Assembly (NCBI GenBank): GCA_046328215.1
Contig: JAXLXA010000002.1
Coordinates: 18,799 to 82,798, forward strand
Direction: 5' to 3'
DNA: 64,000 nt
Origin: Dehalococcoidia bacterium
Lineage (GTDB): Bacteria; Chloroflexota; Dehalococcoidia; Tepidiformales; Tepidiformaceae
Positions 39,415 through 48,451 of this stretch are shown here, one piece after another (positions within the stretch are counted from its first letter, which is position 1; every line of letters starts with the position of its first letter). The notes below the pieces were generated by a model that was given only the letters and a program-made list of their open reading frames with translations, did not search any database and was not told the origin of the DNA. The position numbers were made by a program, and so were the translations under genes.

Positions 39415-40729
39415 ACCCCCGCAGGAAGCTGTCTGCCCGATCTGCAAGGGTGCGGGGTTTGTCCGCCGGTCCCTGCCCGTGGATCACCCACGGTTCGGTA
39501 AGGCGGAGCCCTGCGAGTGCGTCCTGAACGAGGACGACCACGTCCGGCGCACGCGCCTCGAGCGGATGAGCAACCTCGGCGCGCTCACTCGTTTCACATT
39601 CGAAAACATGGTGCCGACAGGCCGGAACGATGACACCGGCTGGTTCGAGCGGGCGTACGACGCGGCCCGTGAATACGCGGCGAACCCGGCCGGCTGGCTG
39701 GTGTTCACCGGAACGTCCGGCAGCGGGAAAACGCACCTCGCCGCCGCCATCGCCAACCAGCGCATCAACGCCGGCGAACCCGCGCTCTTCATGGTCGTGC
39801 CAGACCTGCTGGACCACCTGCGCGCGAGCTACGAGCCGGACGAAGACGACATGGGCTTCGAGCAGCTTTTCGACCAGGTGCGGAACACGCCGCTGCTCAT
39901 CCTCGATGACGTCGACACCGGTTCGGGGAGCCCCTGGGCGCGGGAGAAGCTGTTCCAGATCGTGAACCACCGCTTCAACGCCAGCCTGCCGACCGTGTTC
40001 ACCACCACAACGCGCCCGCAGCAACTCGATGAGCGGCTCGCGACGCGGCTGCTCGACGAGGGGCTTTCGCGCGTGATGGTGCTCGATGCCGAAGCGCGCG
40101 GCGGCTACAGCCAGGTGGGTGGGATGACCCGCGACCGCATCAACGAGCTGCAGTTCCGCAACTTTGACCTGCGCGTGCCGGGACTCCACGCCGAAGAGCG
40201 CGAATCCCTCGAATCGGCGTTCCGGGCAGCGATGGCCTTCGGTGACGACCCGCGCGGCTGGTTCGTGCTCCAGGGCGCGAATGGCTGCGGCAAGACGCAC
40301 CTTGCGGCCGCAATCGCGAACAAGGCGCTTGGCAGCGGCATGGGCGTGTTCTTGGCCGTGGTGCCGGACTTGCTGGACTACCTGCGGGCCTCGTTCGCGC
40401 CCGGAAACGAATCACCCTATGACGAGACCTTCGACCGCATCCGCAACGTTGACCTGCTGGTGCTGGATGACCTGGGCGCCCAGAAGGCCTCGGAATGGGC
40501 GCAGGAGAAGCTGTACCAGGTGGTGAACTACCGCCACGTCGCCGGGTTGCCGACGGTCGTCACCACGGACCAGTCGCTGGACAAGTTGCAGCAGGCGCAC
40601 CCGCGCATCGTCTCGCGCATCGCGGACCCGCACGCCGGGACGTTCGTGACCATCCTCGCGCCGCACTACCGGCTTGGCCGCCAGCCAGAAGCACCGGCCG
40701 CGCGGCCGGGCGGGCGGGGGCGGCGGTAG
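39338..40729 (+). CDS. DnaI/DnaC-like helicase loader with N-terminal zinc finger and two tandem IstB-like AAA+ modules
   Basis: CPICKGAGFV...CEC. AAA+ module 1 GTSGSGKTHLAAAIANQ...LLILDDVD. Module 2 GANGCGKTHLAAAIANK...LLVLDDLG. Overlaps the upstream DnaD-like gene by 77 nt. Confidence 0.8.
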   Translation: MKRLGEILSKTVSESTSEARSGREVEPPQEAVCPICKGAGFVRRSLPVDHPRFGKAEPCECVLNEDDHVRRTRLERMSNLGALTRFTFENMVPTGRNDDTGWFERAYDAAREYAANPAGWLVFTGTSGSGKTHLAAAIANQRINAGEPALFMVVPDLLDHLRASYEPDEDDMGFEQLFDQVRNTPLLILDDVDTGSGSPWAREKLFQIVNHRFNASLPTVFTTTTRPQQLDERLATRLLDEGLSRVMVLDAEARGGYSQVGGMTRDRINELQFRNFDLRVPGLHAEERESLESAFRAAMAFGDDPRGWFVLQGANGCGKTHLAAAIANKALGSGMGVFLAVVPDLLDYLRASFAPGNESPYDETFDRIRNVDLLVLDDLGAQKASEWAQEKLYQVVNYRHVAGLPTVVTTDQSLDKLQQAHPRIVSRIADPHAGTFVTILAPHYRLGRQPEAPAARPGGRGRR

Positions 40730-40763
40730 TGCCCCCTACCCGGCGACTTCGTAGGATTGCCCC

Positions 40764-41432
40764 ATGACCATGGCCCGCGCGGTCACCTTCCTCGTGCTCT
40801 CCGGGCTGATCATGGTCCTGGGCATCGTGCTGATCATTGTCCGGGTGAACGAGGGCCTCCTGGACAGCTCTATTAGCGACCGGGACAGCGGGGCGCGCGT
40901 GGGTGACAACGCCGCCACTCCTACCGGCGGCCAGGGTGGCCTTTCGCCGGGCCAGGCTGGCGCAACCGCCACGGCGGCTATTCGCACCGTCACGGCGCTT
41001 GCGGGCGGGCGCACGCCCAACACGAACGCGCCGACACCTTCGGGCCGGGACATCACCCAGGTGGCTATCGGAGCGACGACCGAAGTCAACGGCTCCCGCT
41101 ACACCGTCCACCAGGTGGCGGACCCGGAAGCGCCCGGGCTGTTCACCACGACCACGGGAAATCGGCGCGTGGCGCTGGAAGTCACGCAGCAAGCCGTCGC
41201 GAACGACGTGGCCTATAGCTTTGCGAACTTCCGGCTGCGGGACGCGAACGGCCAGGAGCACACCTGGGCGATCACGAACACCAGCCCGCGGTTCGAATCA
41301 GGCACGTTGAAGGCCGGCGAATCGAGGCGCGGCTGGATCAGCTTCCAGGTGCCCACCGGCGTGGGCATCGACGCGTTGATCCTGCTCACGCCGGGCCAGG
41401 CCGGGGGCACGGCCATCGTGACGCTGAAGTAG
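40764..41432 (+). CDS. membrane-anchored DUF4352-like protein
   Basis: N-terminal TM AVTFLVLSGLIMVLGIVLIIV. Gly/Thr-rich linker. C-terminal beta-sandwich-like region. Confidence 0.5.
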   Translation: MTMARAVTFLVLSGLIMVLGIVLIIVRVNEGLLDSSISDRDSGARVGDNAATPTGGQGGLSPGQAGATATAAIRTVTALAGGRTPNTNAPTPSGRDITQVAIGATTEVNGSRYTVHQVADPEAPGLFTTTTGNRRVALEVTQQAVANDVAYSFANFRLRDANGQEHTWAITNTSPRFESGTLKAGESRRGWISFQVPTGVGIDALILLTPGQAGGTAIVTLK

Positions 41433-41448
41433 GGCCCTCACCCCCGTC

Positions 41449-41830
41449 CCCTCTCCCGCGCTGCGGGCGAGGGGAGCTAAGCGCGTGGCGAGAACAGTGT
41501 GCCGGACGGGACTAGTCGATGCGGATGGCTGAGCGGTGGAAGCGGCGATGATGTCCGGGTCCGGGATGATGGATACCCGCGCGTTCTCCTTGCCCGCGTA
41601 CTCGAACGCCGAGAGCACGTGGCGGATGCTCTCCATGCACGCCCCGTCCCCTCTCCCGCGCTGCGGGCGAGGGGAGCTAAGCGCCTGGAGAGAACAGTGT
41701 GCCGGACGGGACTAGTCGATGCGGATGGCTGAGCGGTGGAACCGGCCGATGATGTCCGGGTCGGGGATGATGGATACCCGCGCGTTCTCCTTGCCCGCGT
41801 ACTCGAACGCCGAAAGCACGTGGCGGATGC
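41449..41830. repeat. tandem duplication of ~190 bp comprising the ppk2 3' end plus a downstream GC palindrome (cccctctcccgcgctgcgggcgagggg)
   Basis: 41449-41640 is nearly identical to 41640-41830. The second copy is the functional ppk2 C-terminus. Confidence 0.85.
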
Positions 41831-42764
41831 TCTCCAGGCGCGCGGCCCGCTTGTCGTTCGCCTTCACGATGATCCATGGGCTGAAGCTGGTGTGCGTCAG
41901 GCTGAACATCCGCTCCTTGTGGCGCGTGTAGTCGTCCCACAGCTCCTGGCCGCGCTCGTCGATCGGGCTCAGCTTCCACTGCTTGAGCGGGTTGTTGCGG
42001 CGGGAGTCGAAGCGGGCAGCCTGGACCTCTTTCGAGATGGAGAACCAGAACTTCACGATGTCCACGCCGTCTTCCACGAGCATATGCTCGAACTCGGGGG
42101 TCTGGCGCATGAAGCGGTCGTACTGTTCAGGCGTGCAGAAGCCCATGACGGGCTCGACGACGGCGCGGTTGTACCAGGAGCGGTCGAAGAAGACGATTTC
42201 GCCGCGATTGGGGAGCTGGCGCATGTAGCGCTGGAAGTACCACTGGCCGGTCTCGTCGTCCGTTGGTTTCGGGAGCGCGACCACGCGCATGGCGCGCGGG
42301 TTGAGGTGCTCGGTGAAGCGCCGGATCGTGCCGCCCTTGCCGGCGGCGTCGCGCCCTTCGAACAGGATCGCCAACCGGCGGCCGCTTTCCTGCACCCAGC
42401 GCTGCAACTTCACGAGCTCGATTTGCAGGCTCTCCAGCTCGTACTCGTACTGCATCGCCTTCTTCACGCGGCCGACGCTGACATTCTTCGTGCGCAACAG
42501 CTGGATGAACTCGCGCGAGGTGTGCAGGTCGCTCAGCTCTTCCTGCAGGACCACCTGGTCCGGGAGGGAGACCCACTTTGTCGAATGGATGGCGTCGGCC
42601 ATGGCAGCGAGCGTTTCGTCGCTGACGGAGCCGTCTTCGGGGAGCACCGCGCGCAGCACGCTGAGCAACTCCTGCTTCAGGGACGGGGGTGTGCCCGTGC
42701 CATTGAGGCCGGCCCCGTTCAGGCCTGGCTCGTGTTTCGTGTCCTTCGGCGCCAGTTGCGTCAT
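41712..42764 (-). CDS. ppk2: polyphosphate kinase 2
   Basis: ILFEGRDAAGKGGTIRRF (Walker A), FDRSWYNR, lid motifs. Start at MTQLAPKD. Confidence 0.85.
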   Translation of the reverse strand: MTQLAPKDTKHEPGLNGAGLNGTGTPPSLKQELLSVLRAVLPEDGSVSDETLAAMADAIHSTKWVSLPDQVVLQEELSDLHTSREFIQLLRTKNVSVGRVKKAMQYEYELESLQIELVKLQRWVQESGRRLAILFEGRDAAGKGGTIRRFTEHLNPRAMRVVALPKPTDDETGQWYFQRYMRQLPNRGEIVFFDRSWYNRAVVEPVMGFCTPEQYDRFMRQTPEFEHMLVEDGVDIVKFWFSISKEVQAARFDSRRNNPLKQWKLSPIDERGQELWDDYTRHKERMFSLTHTSFSPWIIVKANDKRAARLESIRHVLSAFEYAGKENARVSIIPDPDIIGRFHRSAIRID

Positions 42765-42914
42765 GGTTGCTCTCCAACAAACGAATCGGCCGGCCCATTG
42801 CGGTACCGACACCAATAGATGACGGCAAGAACTGCGCTAGCGGTAGGATCGTTCGGGCTTTCAGCCTGACCCGGTGGTGCCTATGCGCGATCGGCTCGGT
42901 GCCTGGGCGCCCTC

Positions 42915-43883
42915 CTACCCCGAAGCCAGCCGCCGCTCCAGGTCCTCGAGCGCCGCTTCCACCGCGGGCGTCCGCGGCGCCAGTTCGAGGGCGTTCTTCG
43001 CCGCCGTCAGCCGCTTGCGCGACATTTCGCCGGGCAGCGACTCAAGCAGTGCGGCGATCAACTCTTCGCGGCGGCTGGCCACGATCGACGAGGCGATGAA
43101 CTCGTACAGCTCGCCGCGCGTGGGCGAGTTGAGGAGCCGGAGGACGATGCTCTTCAGCCTGGGGTCCGGCGGCAGCTCGATGATGGCGTCGCACACCGCC
43201 ATCAACACGCCGTCGTCTTCGGAGCCGGCGAGGCCCGCGAGGATGGGGCGCAAGACATCGAGGTCGATACCCGACAGGCCCTTGAGGGCGGCGGCGGTGA
43301 CCTCCGGCGTGGGGGCGGCGCCGCTGAGGACGTAGAGCAGCAGCGCGTTCGACTCGCCCGTCGCGGCGAGCACGTTGACGGCAGTGAGGGCTGGTTCGCC
43401 GGTCATGGCGCTCGAAGCCGTCAGTGCGTCCTGTTCGTCGCGGCCGAGGACGAGCACGGCTTCCGTGGCGGCGCGGGGCGGGTCGAGCACGGCGAGAAGG
43501 GCCAGGCCCGCCGCGCGGATCATTTCGCCGTTGCCCTGGAACGTGCGCTCCGAGGTTGTGCGCGCGCGCATCGCGAGCTCGATGTCGCTGGTGCTGCGCA
43601 GTTCCCAGAGGACCTTCAGCACTTCAACGCGGACGTCGCCGCCGGGGTCTTTCTTCGGCCCGTCGGTATCGAAATGACTGTAGAGCTCGCGAAGGACCGG
43701 GTGGTCTGCGCTGCGGACGCCTTCGCCGATCGATTCGAGGGCCAGCTTGACGATTTCGGGGTTCGCCTCATCTGCGAGGACTTCGATCGCGAAGTCATGC
43801 AGGGCGTTGGGGTCAGCGCGCAGGGCGCGCAGGCGGTCCACGCGGCGGCGGGCCAGCGGGCCAGTGGACGAGGCTCGTTTCAC
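42915..43883 (-). CDS. HEAT-repeat protein
   Basis: Repetitive Ala/Leu-rich helical repeats. 322 aa. Confidence 0.6.
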   Translation of the reverse strand: MKRASSTGPLARRRVDRLRALRADPNALHDFAIEVLADEANPEIVKLALESIGEGVRSADHPVLRELYSHFDTDGPKKDPGGDVRVEVLKVLWELRSTSDIELAMRARTTSERTFQGNGEMIRAAGLALLAVLDPPRAATEAVLVLGRDEQDALTASSAMTGEPALTAVNVLAATGESNALLLYVLSGAAPTPEVTAAALKGLSGIDLDVLRPILAGLAGSEDDGVLMAVCDAIIELPPDPRLKSIVLRLLNSPTRGELYEFIASSIVASRREELIAALLESLPGEMSRKRLTAAKNALELAPRTPAVEAALEDLERRLASG

Positions 43884-43917
43884 GAGGCCACTCTACCGCG
43901 CCAAACGACGAGCCGTG

Positions 43918-44706
43918 ATGCGATTGCCTTGCGGGTCGCTCCCGCGCAACGATGCGACGGTGACCCACTTCTTGCGCGATTCCCACGGACGCCCGGTGGA
44001 CCTCGAAATCGAAGTGCACACCGCGCGTTCGCCGCAGGAATTGCCCCCGTGCCCGTGGCAATTCCCGGATCCGAGGGGAACCGACGAGCGTGGGTTCATC
44101 GGCTTCGGGGCGGACTTCGCGCCGGCGACGATTGTCGCGGCATACCGCGGCGGCATCTTCCCGTGGCCACACAGCGAGGCCGAGTTCGCCTGGTTTTCGC
44201 CCGATCCCAGAGCGGTGATCCCGCTGCAGGGGCTACGCATCTCGCAACGCCTCGGCCGGACGTTGCGGAGCGGGCGCTTCCGCTACACCGTGGACGCCGC
44301 GTTCGGGCGGGTGATGCGCTCCTGCGCGGCGGGGCGCCCCGAAGGCACCTGGATCACGGACGCGCTGGTCGAGGGGTACTGCCAGCTGCACGCGCTTGGC
44401 TGGGCGCACAGCGTCGAAGTTTGGAGCGCGAACGGGCGGTTGGCCGGCGGGCTGTACGGCGTGGCGGTGGGTAGCATGTTCGGCGCCGAATCGATGTTCC
44501 ACCGCCAAACGGACGCCTCGAAGGCGGCGATGGCGGCACTCGTCCAGCACGCGGCCAGCATCGGCGTGGAGCTCCTGGACGTCCAGGTCCTGACCGAGCA
44601 CACCGAACGCATGGGCGCGGTCGAGATACCGCGTGCCGAGTACCTGAGGAGGCTGGAGGAGGCGGCTGGCAGGCGTGTGGATTGGACGGATGGAGTCAGC
44701 GGGTGA
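43918..44706 (+). CDS. aat: leucyl/phenylalanyl-tRNA--protein transferase
   Basis: YRGGIFPWP...WFSPDPRAV...GGLYGVAVGSMFGAESMFH motifs. The last codons lie in repeat array 3. Confidence 0.85.
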   Translation: MRLPCGSLPRNDATVTHFLRDSHGRPVDLEIEVHTARSPQELPPCPWQFPDPRGTDERGFIGFGADFAPATIVAAYRGGIFPWPHSEAEFAWFSPDPRAVIPLQGLRISQRLGRTLRSGRFRYTVDAAFGRVMRSCAAGRPEGTWITDALVEGYCQLHALGWAHSVEVWSANGRLAGGLYGVAVGSMFGAESMFHRQTDASKAAMAALVQHAASIGVELLDVQVLTEHTERMGAVEIPRAEYLRRLEEAAGRRVDWTDGVSG

Positions 44707-45070
44707 GGGGAGGGAGCGTGGTGGGCTCGCGCGCGGCGACCCGTGCTGGTGTAGGAGCGCAGCGCTTACTGCGTGCGCGCCTCGGATTTGCAGGCGGAAG
44801 GGCGTGTGGATTGGATGGGTGGAGGCAGCGGGTGAGGGGAGGGAGCGTGATGGCTCGCGCGGGGCGACCCGTGCTGGTTTAGGAGCGCAGCGCTTACTGC
44901 GTGCGCGCCTCGGATTTGCAGACGGAAGGGCGGGTGGGGTGGAGGGTGGGAGTCAGCGGGTGAGGGCAGGGAGCGTGGTGGCTCGCGCGCGGCGACCCGT
45001 GCTGGTTTGCGAGCGCAGCGCTTACTGCGTGCGCGCCTCGGATTTGCAGATCGCGAGGATCGAGGCCGGT
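44690..45070. repeat. Repeat array 3: three tandem ~126 bp units with the core cgcttactgcgtgcgcgcctcggatttgcag
   Basis: gcgggtgagggg.gggagcgtg.tgg.ctcgcgcg.ggcgacccgtgctggt.t.ggagcgcagcgcttactgcgtgcgcgcctcggatttgcag..gg repeated three times. Confidence 0.85.
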
Positions 45071-45149
45071 GGCCCTGGCGATTCCAGCTGAGCATCTGGG
45101 TTCCAGTGAGTTCGATTCATCGACCGCGAAGACATAGTCCGTCCGGCCG

Positions 45150-45359
45150 TCACGCAGCACGAAAGACGCTAGCGATGATCCACTCTTCCACCGGTTCGCC
45201 GTGTTCCAGACGGTCAGCGATTACGCGGAGTGCGAGGGCCTGCGCCGACTGAACCGCTTCGTCCCGGCCTTTGCCGTACGCAAGTACCCCGGGCAGATCG
45301 ACGACTTCGGCAATCCAGCGGCCGTCGTCCTCAAGTTCGGCTTCAATGATGAGCTTCAT
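45150..45359 (-). CDS. HicB-like (UPF0150) small protein, orphan
   Basis: MKLIIEAELEDDGRWIAEVVDLPGVLAYGKGRDEAVQSAQALAL fits the UPF0150/HicB N-terminal domain. No HicA-like neighbour. Confidence 0.65.
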   Translation of the reverse strand: MKLIIEAELEDDGRWIAEVVDLPGVLAYGKGRDEAVQSAQALALRVIADRLEHGEPVEEWIIASVFRAA

Positions 45360-45386
45360 CGACTGGCAGTATACAACCGGCGGCTG

Positions 45387-45845
45387 CTACTCGATTTCGA
45401 CGATCATCTCGATTTCGACGGTGATGTTGCGCGGTAGTGCGGCCATGCCGACGGCTGACCGCGCGTGCCGCCCGCGTTCGCCGAAGATGTCGACCAGGAG
45501 ATCGCTTGCGCCGTTGATGACTTCCGGCTGACGGGTGAAGTCCGGCGCGCAGTTCACCATCCCAAGCAGCTTCACGATGCGCTTCACCCGGTCCAGTGAC
45601 CCGATTTCGAGGCGAAGGTTCGCCAGCAGCGAAAGCATGGTCAGCCGGGCGGCTTCGTAACCGTCTTCGAGCGTCGCGTCCACGCCGACCTTGCCGGTCA
45701 TGATCGAACCGTCCGGACGGTACGGGCCGGTGCCGGATAGAAAGACAAGGTTGGCGGTGGTGACGGCGCTGACGTAGTTCGCTTGTGGCGGCCGCGGGTT
45801 TTCCAGTGTGATTCCGAGTTCCTTCAGGCGATCGTCGATGGTCAT
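45387..45845 (-). CDS. RidA/YjgF-family reactive-intermediate deaminase
   Basis: MTIDDRLKELGITLENPRPPQANYVSAVTTANLVFLSGTGPY...AALPRNITVEIEMIVEIE. Confidence 0.85.
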   Translation of the reverse strand: MTIDDRLKELGITLENPRPPQANYVSAVTTANLVFLSGTGPYRPDGSIMTGKVGVDATLEDGYEAARLTMLSLLANLRLEIGSLDRVKRIVKLLGMVNCAPDFTRQPEVINGASDLLVDIFGERGRHARSAVGMAALPRNITVEIEMIVEIE

Positions 45846-46063
45846 GCGGTTTCCTCCCTGGCGCTGTGCGAATCGTATCGGCTTTCGCCCTCGGCCATTG
45901 CGCGCCCCTGCTCCCGCGGTGATCCCACTATCCAGCAGCGGGAGTTCCCGCATTCGTACGTGAAGCATCCGAATTCTCGGTTCGCTCTCAGACTTCTGCC
46001 CTATTCCGGAAGAAGCGAGACGACCGTCCGCCATCACAGATTCAGGGAGGAAGAACCTCAAAG

Positions 46064-46600
46064 ATGCAGATCAACGCAACGCAGGGGAACGGAAGCGCAC
46101 ACGCCGCCGGCATGCGGCGCAACGGGCCCCCTCCAATGTCGGAGGAACAACGCGAGAAGTTCCTCGACGCCGCATCCAGCGCCCTCGGCATGTCGTCCGA
46201 TGACTTGAAGGCGGAACTCGACTCCGGCAAGCGGCTGGACGAAATCGCCAAAGACAAGGGCGTCTCGGAGGACGACCTGCGGGCTGCCCTCGACAAGGCG
46301 CTCGGCAGGCCGGAACGCGGCGGCCAGCACGGCCCTCGGATGGACGGACAATCAGCGCAAATGGTGCAGGAGGTGTTGAGCTCAGTCGCTGACAAGCTCG
46401 GTGTCTCGGGCGAAGCGCTCTCCGGTGTGAAGTCCGGGGCTGACCTCCGGGATCTGGCGAGCAAGGCCGGGATTTCGGAGGAGCAATTGGCCGGCATTCT
46501 CGAAGACGCCTTCTCGACGTTGATGCCCTACGGCCCGAACGGCACGCAGGACGGCGGCAACTGGGGCGCCATGGCGTCGCAGGTCGACAAGGTGGCCTGA
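46064..46600 (+). CDS. hypothetical protein with two internal ~40 aa repeats
   Basis: LGMSSDDLKAELDSGKRLDEIAKDKGVSEDDLRAALDKAL resembles LGVSGEALSGVKSGADLRDLASKAGISEEQLAGILEDAF. Confidence 0.45.
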   Translation: MQINATQGNGSAHAAGMRRNGPPPMSEEQREKFLDAASSALGMSSDDLKAELDSGKRLDEIAKDKGVSEDDLRAALDKALGRPERGGQHGPRMDGQSAQMVQEVLSSVADKLGVSGEALSGVKSGADLRDLASKAGISEEQLAGILEDAFSTLMPYGPNGTQDGGNWGAMASQVDKVA

Positions 46601-46725
46601 CGCCGTGAGCGGGGCCGGGCGCGCCAACCATGGCCGCCCGGTCCCGTCTCTTCGGCACCAGCGACCGATCCCACTCTCTCACGGCCGGAGCACACTGGCG
46701 CCAGACCACCTCAAGGAGGTCCACC

Positions 46726-47280
46726 GTGACCAGGGTTCTCGTCGTCTATGGGACCGGAGAGGGGCATACCGCCCACGTCGCCCAGGCCCTTGCCGCCAGG
46801 CTTCGCGACCGCGGAGCGTCGACGTATATCGCTGACCTGGAGGAAGAATCCCCCGATGTTTCGGGCTTCGACGGCGTGGCCGTCGGCGGCTCGGTGCACG
46901 CCGGGAAGTTCCAGTCCGAAGTCCGGGAGTACGTGAAGGAGCACGCCGATTGGCTAAACGGCTCTCCGGCATGGTTCTTCGGCGTCAGCCTTTCGCAGGC
47001 GGGAAGGCGTGCGCCGATCGACCCGGAGAACGCGAAGAAGCAGATCGACGGGCTCTTCGAGGAGACGGGCTGGACACCACGGGGCGTCCTCAGCGTGGGC
47101 GGGGCGTTGAAGTACCGGGAGTACAACTTCTTCAAGCGCTCGCTGATGAAGCACGTCGCGGCCAACGCCGGCGAGGATACCGATACCACCCGCGACTGGG
47201 ACTACACGAACTGGCAGCAGGTTGACGCGTTCGCGGACCAGATCTGGGAGGCAGTCGCGCCGGTGGCCGCGGGGCATTGA
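46726..47280 (+). CDS. flavodoxin-like protein (HemG-type protoporphyrinogen oxidase-like)
   Basis: VLVVYGTGEGHTAHVAQAL flavodoxin start. GTG start with AGGAGG 7 nt upstream. Confidence 0.6.
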   Translation: MTRVLVVYGTGEGHTAHVAQALAARLRDRGASTYIADLEEESPDVSGFDGVAVGGSVHAGKFQSEVREYVKEHADWLNGSPAWFFGVSLSQAGRRAPIDPENAKKQIDGLFEETGWTPRGVLSVGGALKYREYNFFKRSLMKHVAANAGEDTDTTRDWDYTNWQQVDAFADQIWEAVAPVAAGH

Positions 47281-47337
47281 TGCGATAGCCGGCGAATCTT
47301 GGACTGGGGCGGCGGGCCATCCTACGATGCCGCCACT

Positions 47338-48426
47338 ATGGCAACGTTTCGCATTCTGCTCACCCCCGGCGACGGCATCGGGCCGGAAGTCCTCGAAGAG
47401 TCGTTGAAGGTGCTCTCCCGCGTGGAGAAGCGCTTCAACCATGAGTTCCAGTACGAGGAAGAAGTCATCGGCGGCGCGTCGATCGACAAGCACGGCGTGG
47501 CTCTGCGGCCAGAGGTCATCGCGAAGGCGAAGGCGTCGGCGGCAGTGCTGTTCGGCGCCGTCGGCGGCCCGAAATGGGATAACCCGAAGGCCACGGTGCG
47601 CCCGGAAGATGCCATCCTCGGGATGCGGAAGCAGCTCGGGCTGTTTGCCAACCTCCGGCCGGTGAAGATCCACCCGGAAATGATCGGCGAGAGCACGCTG
47701 AAGCCAGACGTGCTGGACGGCGTGGACATGGTGGTCATCCGCGAATTGACCGGGGGCCTCTACTTCGGGCGGCCGCAGAAGCGATGGGAGAACACGCGCG
47801 GCCGCCAGGGCGTCGATACCCTCCGTTACAGCGAAAAGGAAGTCGAACGCGTCTGCCACGTTGCCTTCCAGCTGGCCCGGCAGCGGAAGAAGAAAGTCAC
47901 TAGCGTCGATAAGGCGAACGTGTTGCGGACCGGGCAGCTCTGGCGCGAAATCGCCACGGAAGTGGGTAAGCAGTACCCGGACGTGACACTCGAGCACATC
48001 CTCGTCGATGCCTGTGCGATGTACCTGGTACGGCGGCCGGCGAGCTTCGACGTCATCGTGACGGAGAACATGTTCGGCGACATCCTCACCGACGAGGCGG
48101 CGATGCTGGCGGGCTCGATGGGCATGATGCCGTCAGCGAGCCTCGGAAAGCGGAACAAGGACGGCACCGGGATCGGGCTGTACGAGCCGATCCACGGGAG
48201 TGCCCCGGACATAACGGGACAGAAGAAAGCGAACCCGCTGGCCATGATCCTGAGCGCCGCGATGATGTTGCGCCTCTCGCTCGGCCTGGAAGCCGAGGCC
48301 GCCGCGATCGAGGAAGCCGTCGACGCCGTCATCAAGGCCGGCTATCGCACGCCGGACATCGCGGGCAAGGGCGCCAGGCTCGTCGACACGGTGAAGATGG
48401 GGAGCCTGGTGGCGGAACGAGTGTAG
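47338..48426 (+). CDS. leuB: 3-isopropylmalate dehydrogenase
   Basis: MATFRILLTPGDGIGPEV..., NLRP and GSAPDI motifs. Confidence 0.9.
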   Translation: MATFRILLTPGDGIGPEVLEESLKVLSRVEKRFNHEFQYEEEVIGGASIDKHGVALRPEVIAKAKASAAVLFGAVGGPKWDNPKATVRPEDAILGMRKQLGLFANLRPVKIHPEMIGESTLKPDVLDGVDMVVIRELTGGLYFGRPQKRWENTRGRQGVDTLRYSEKEVERVCHVAFQLARQRKKKVTSVDKANVLRTGQLWREIATEVGKQYPDVTLEHILVDACAMYLVRRPASFDVIVTENMFGDILTDEAAMLAGSMGMMPSASLGKRNKDGTGIGLYEPIHGSAPDITGQKKANPLAMILSAAMMLRLSLGLEAEAAAIEEAVDAVIKAGYRTPDIAGKGARLVDTVKMGSLVAERV

Positions 48427-48451
48427 TGGTGACGGTTCGGGACTTGCTCCG

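Noticed and set aside
45360-45400. Search for a HicA toxin next to HicB-like 45150..45359
   Set aside because: Only 28 nt separate it from the RidA gene. No ORF of suitable size or frame. The same is true around 48452..48667.
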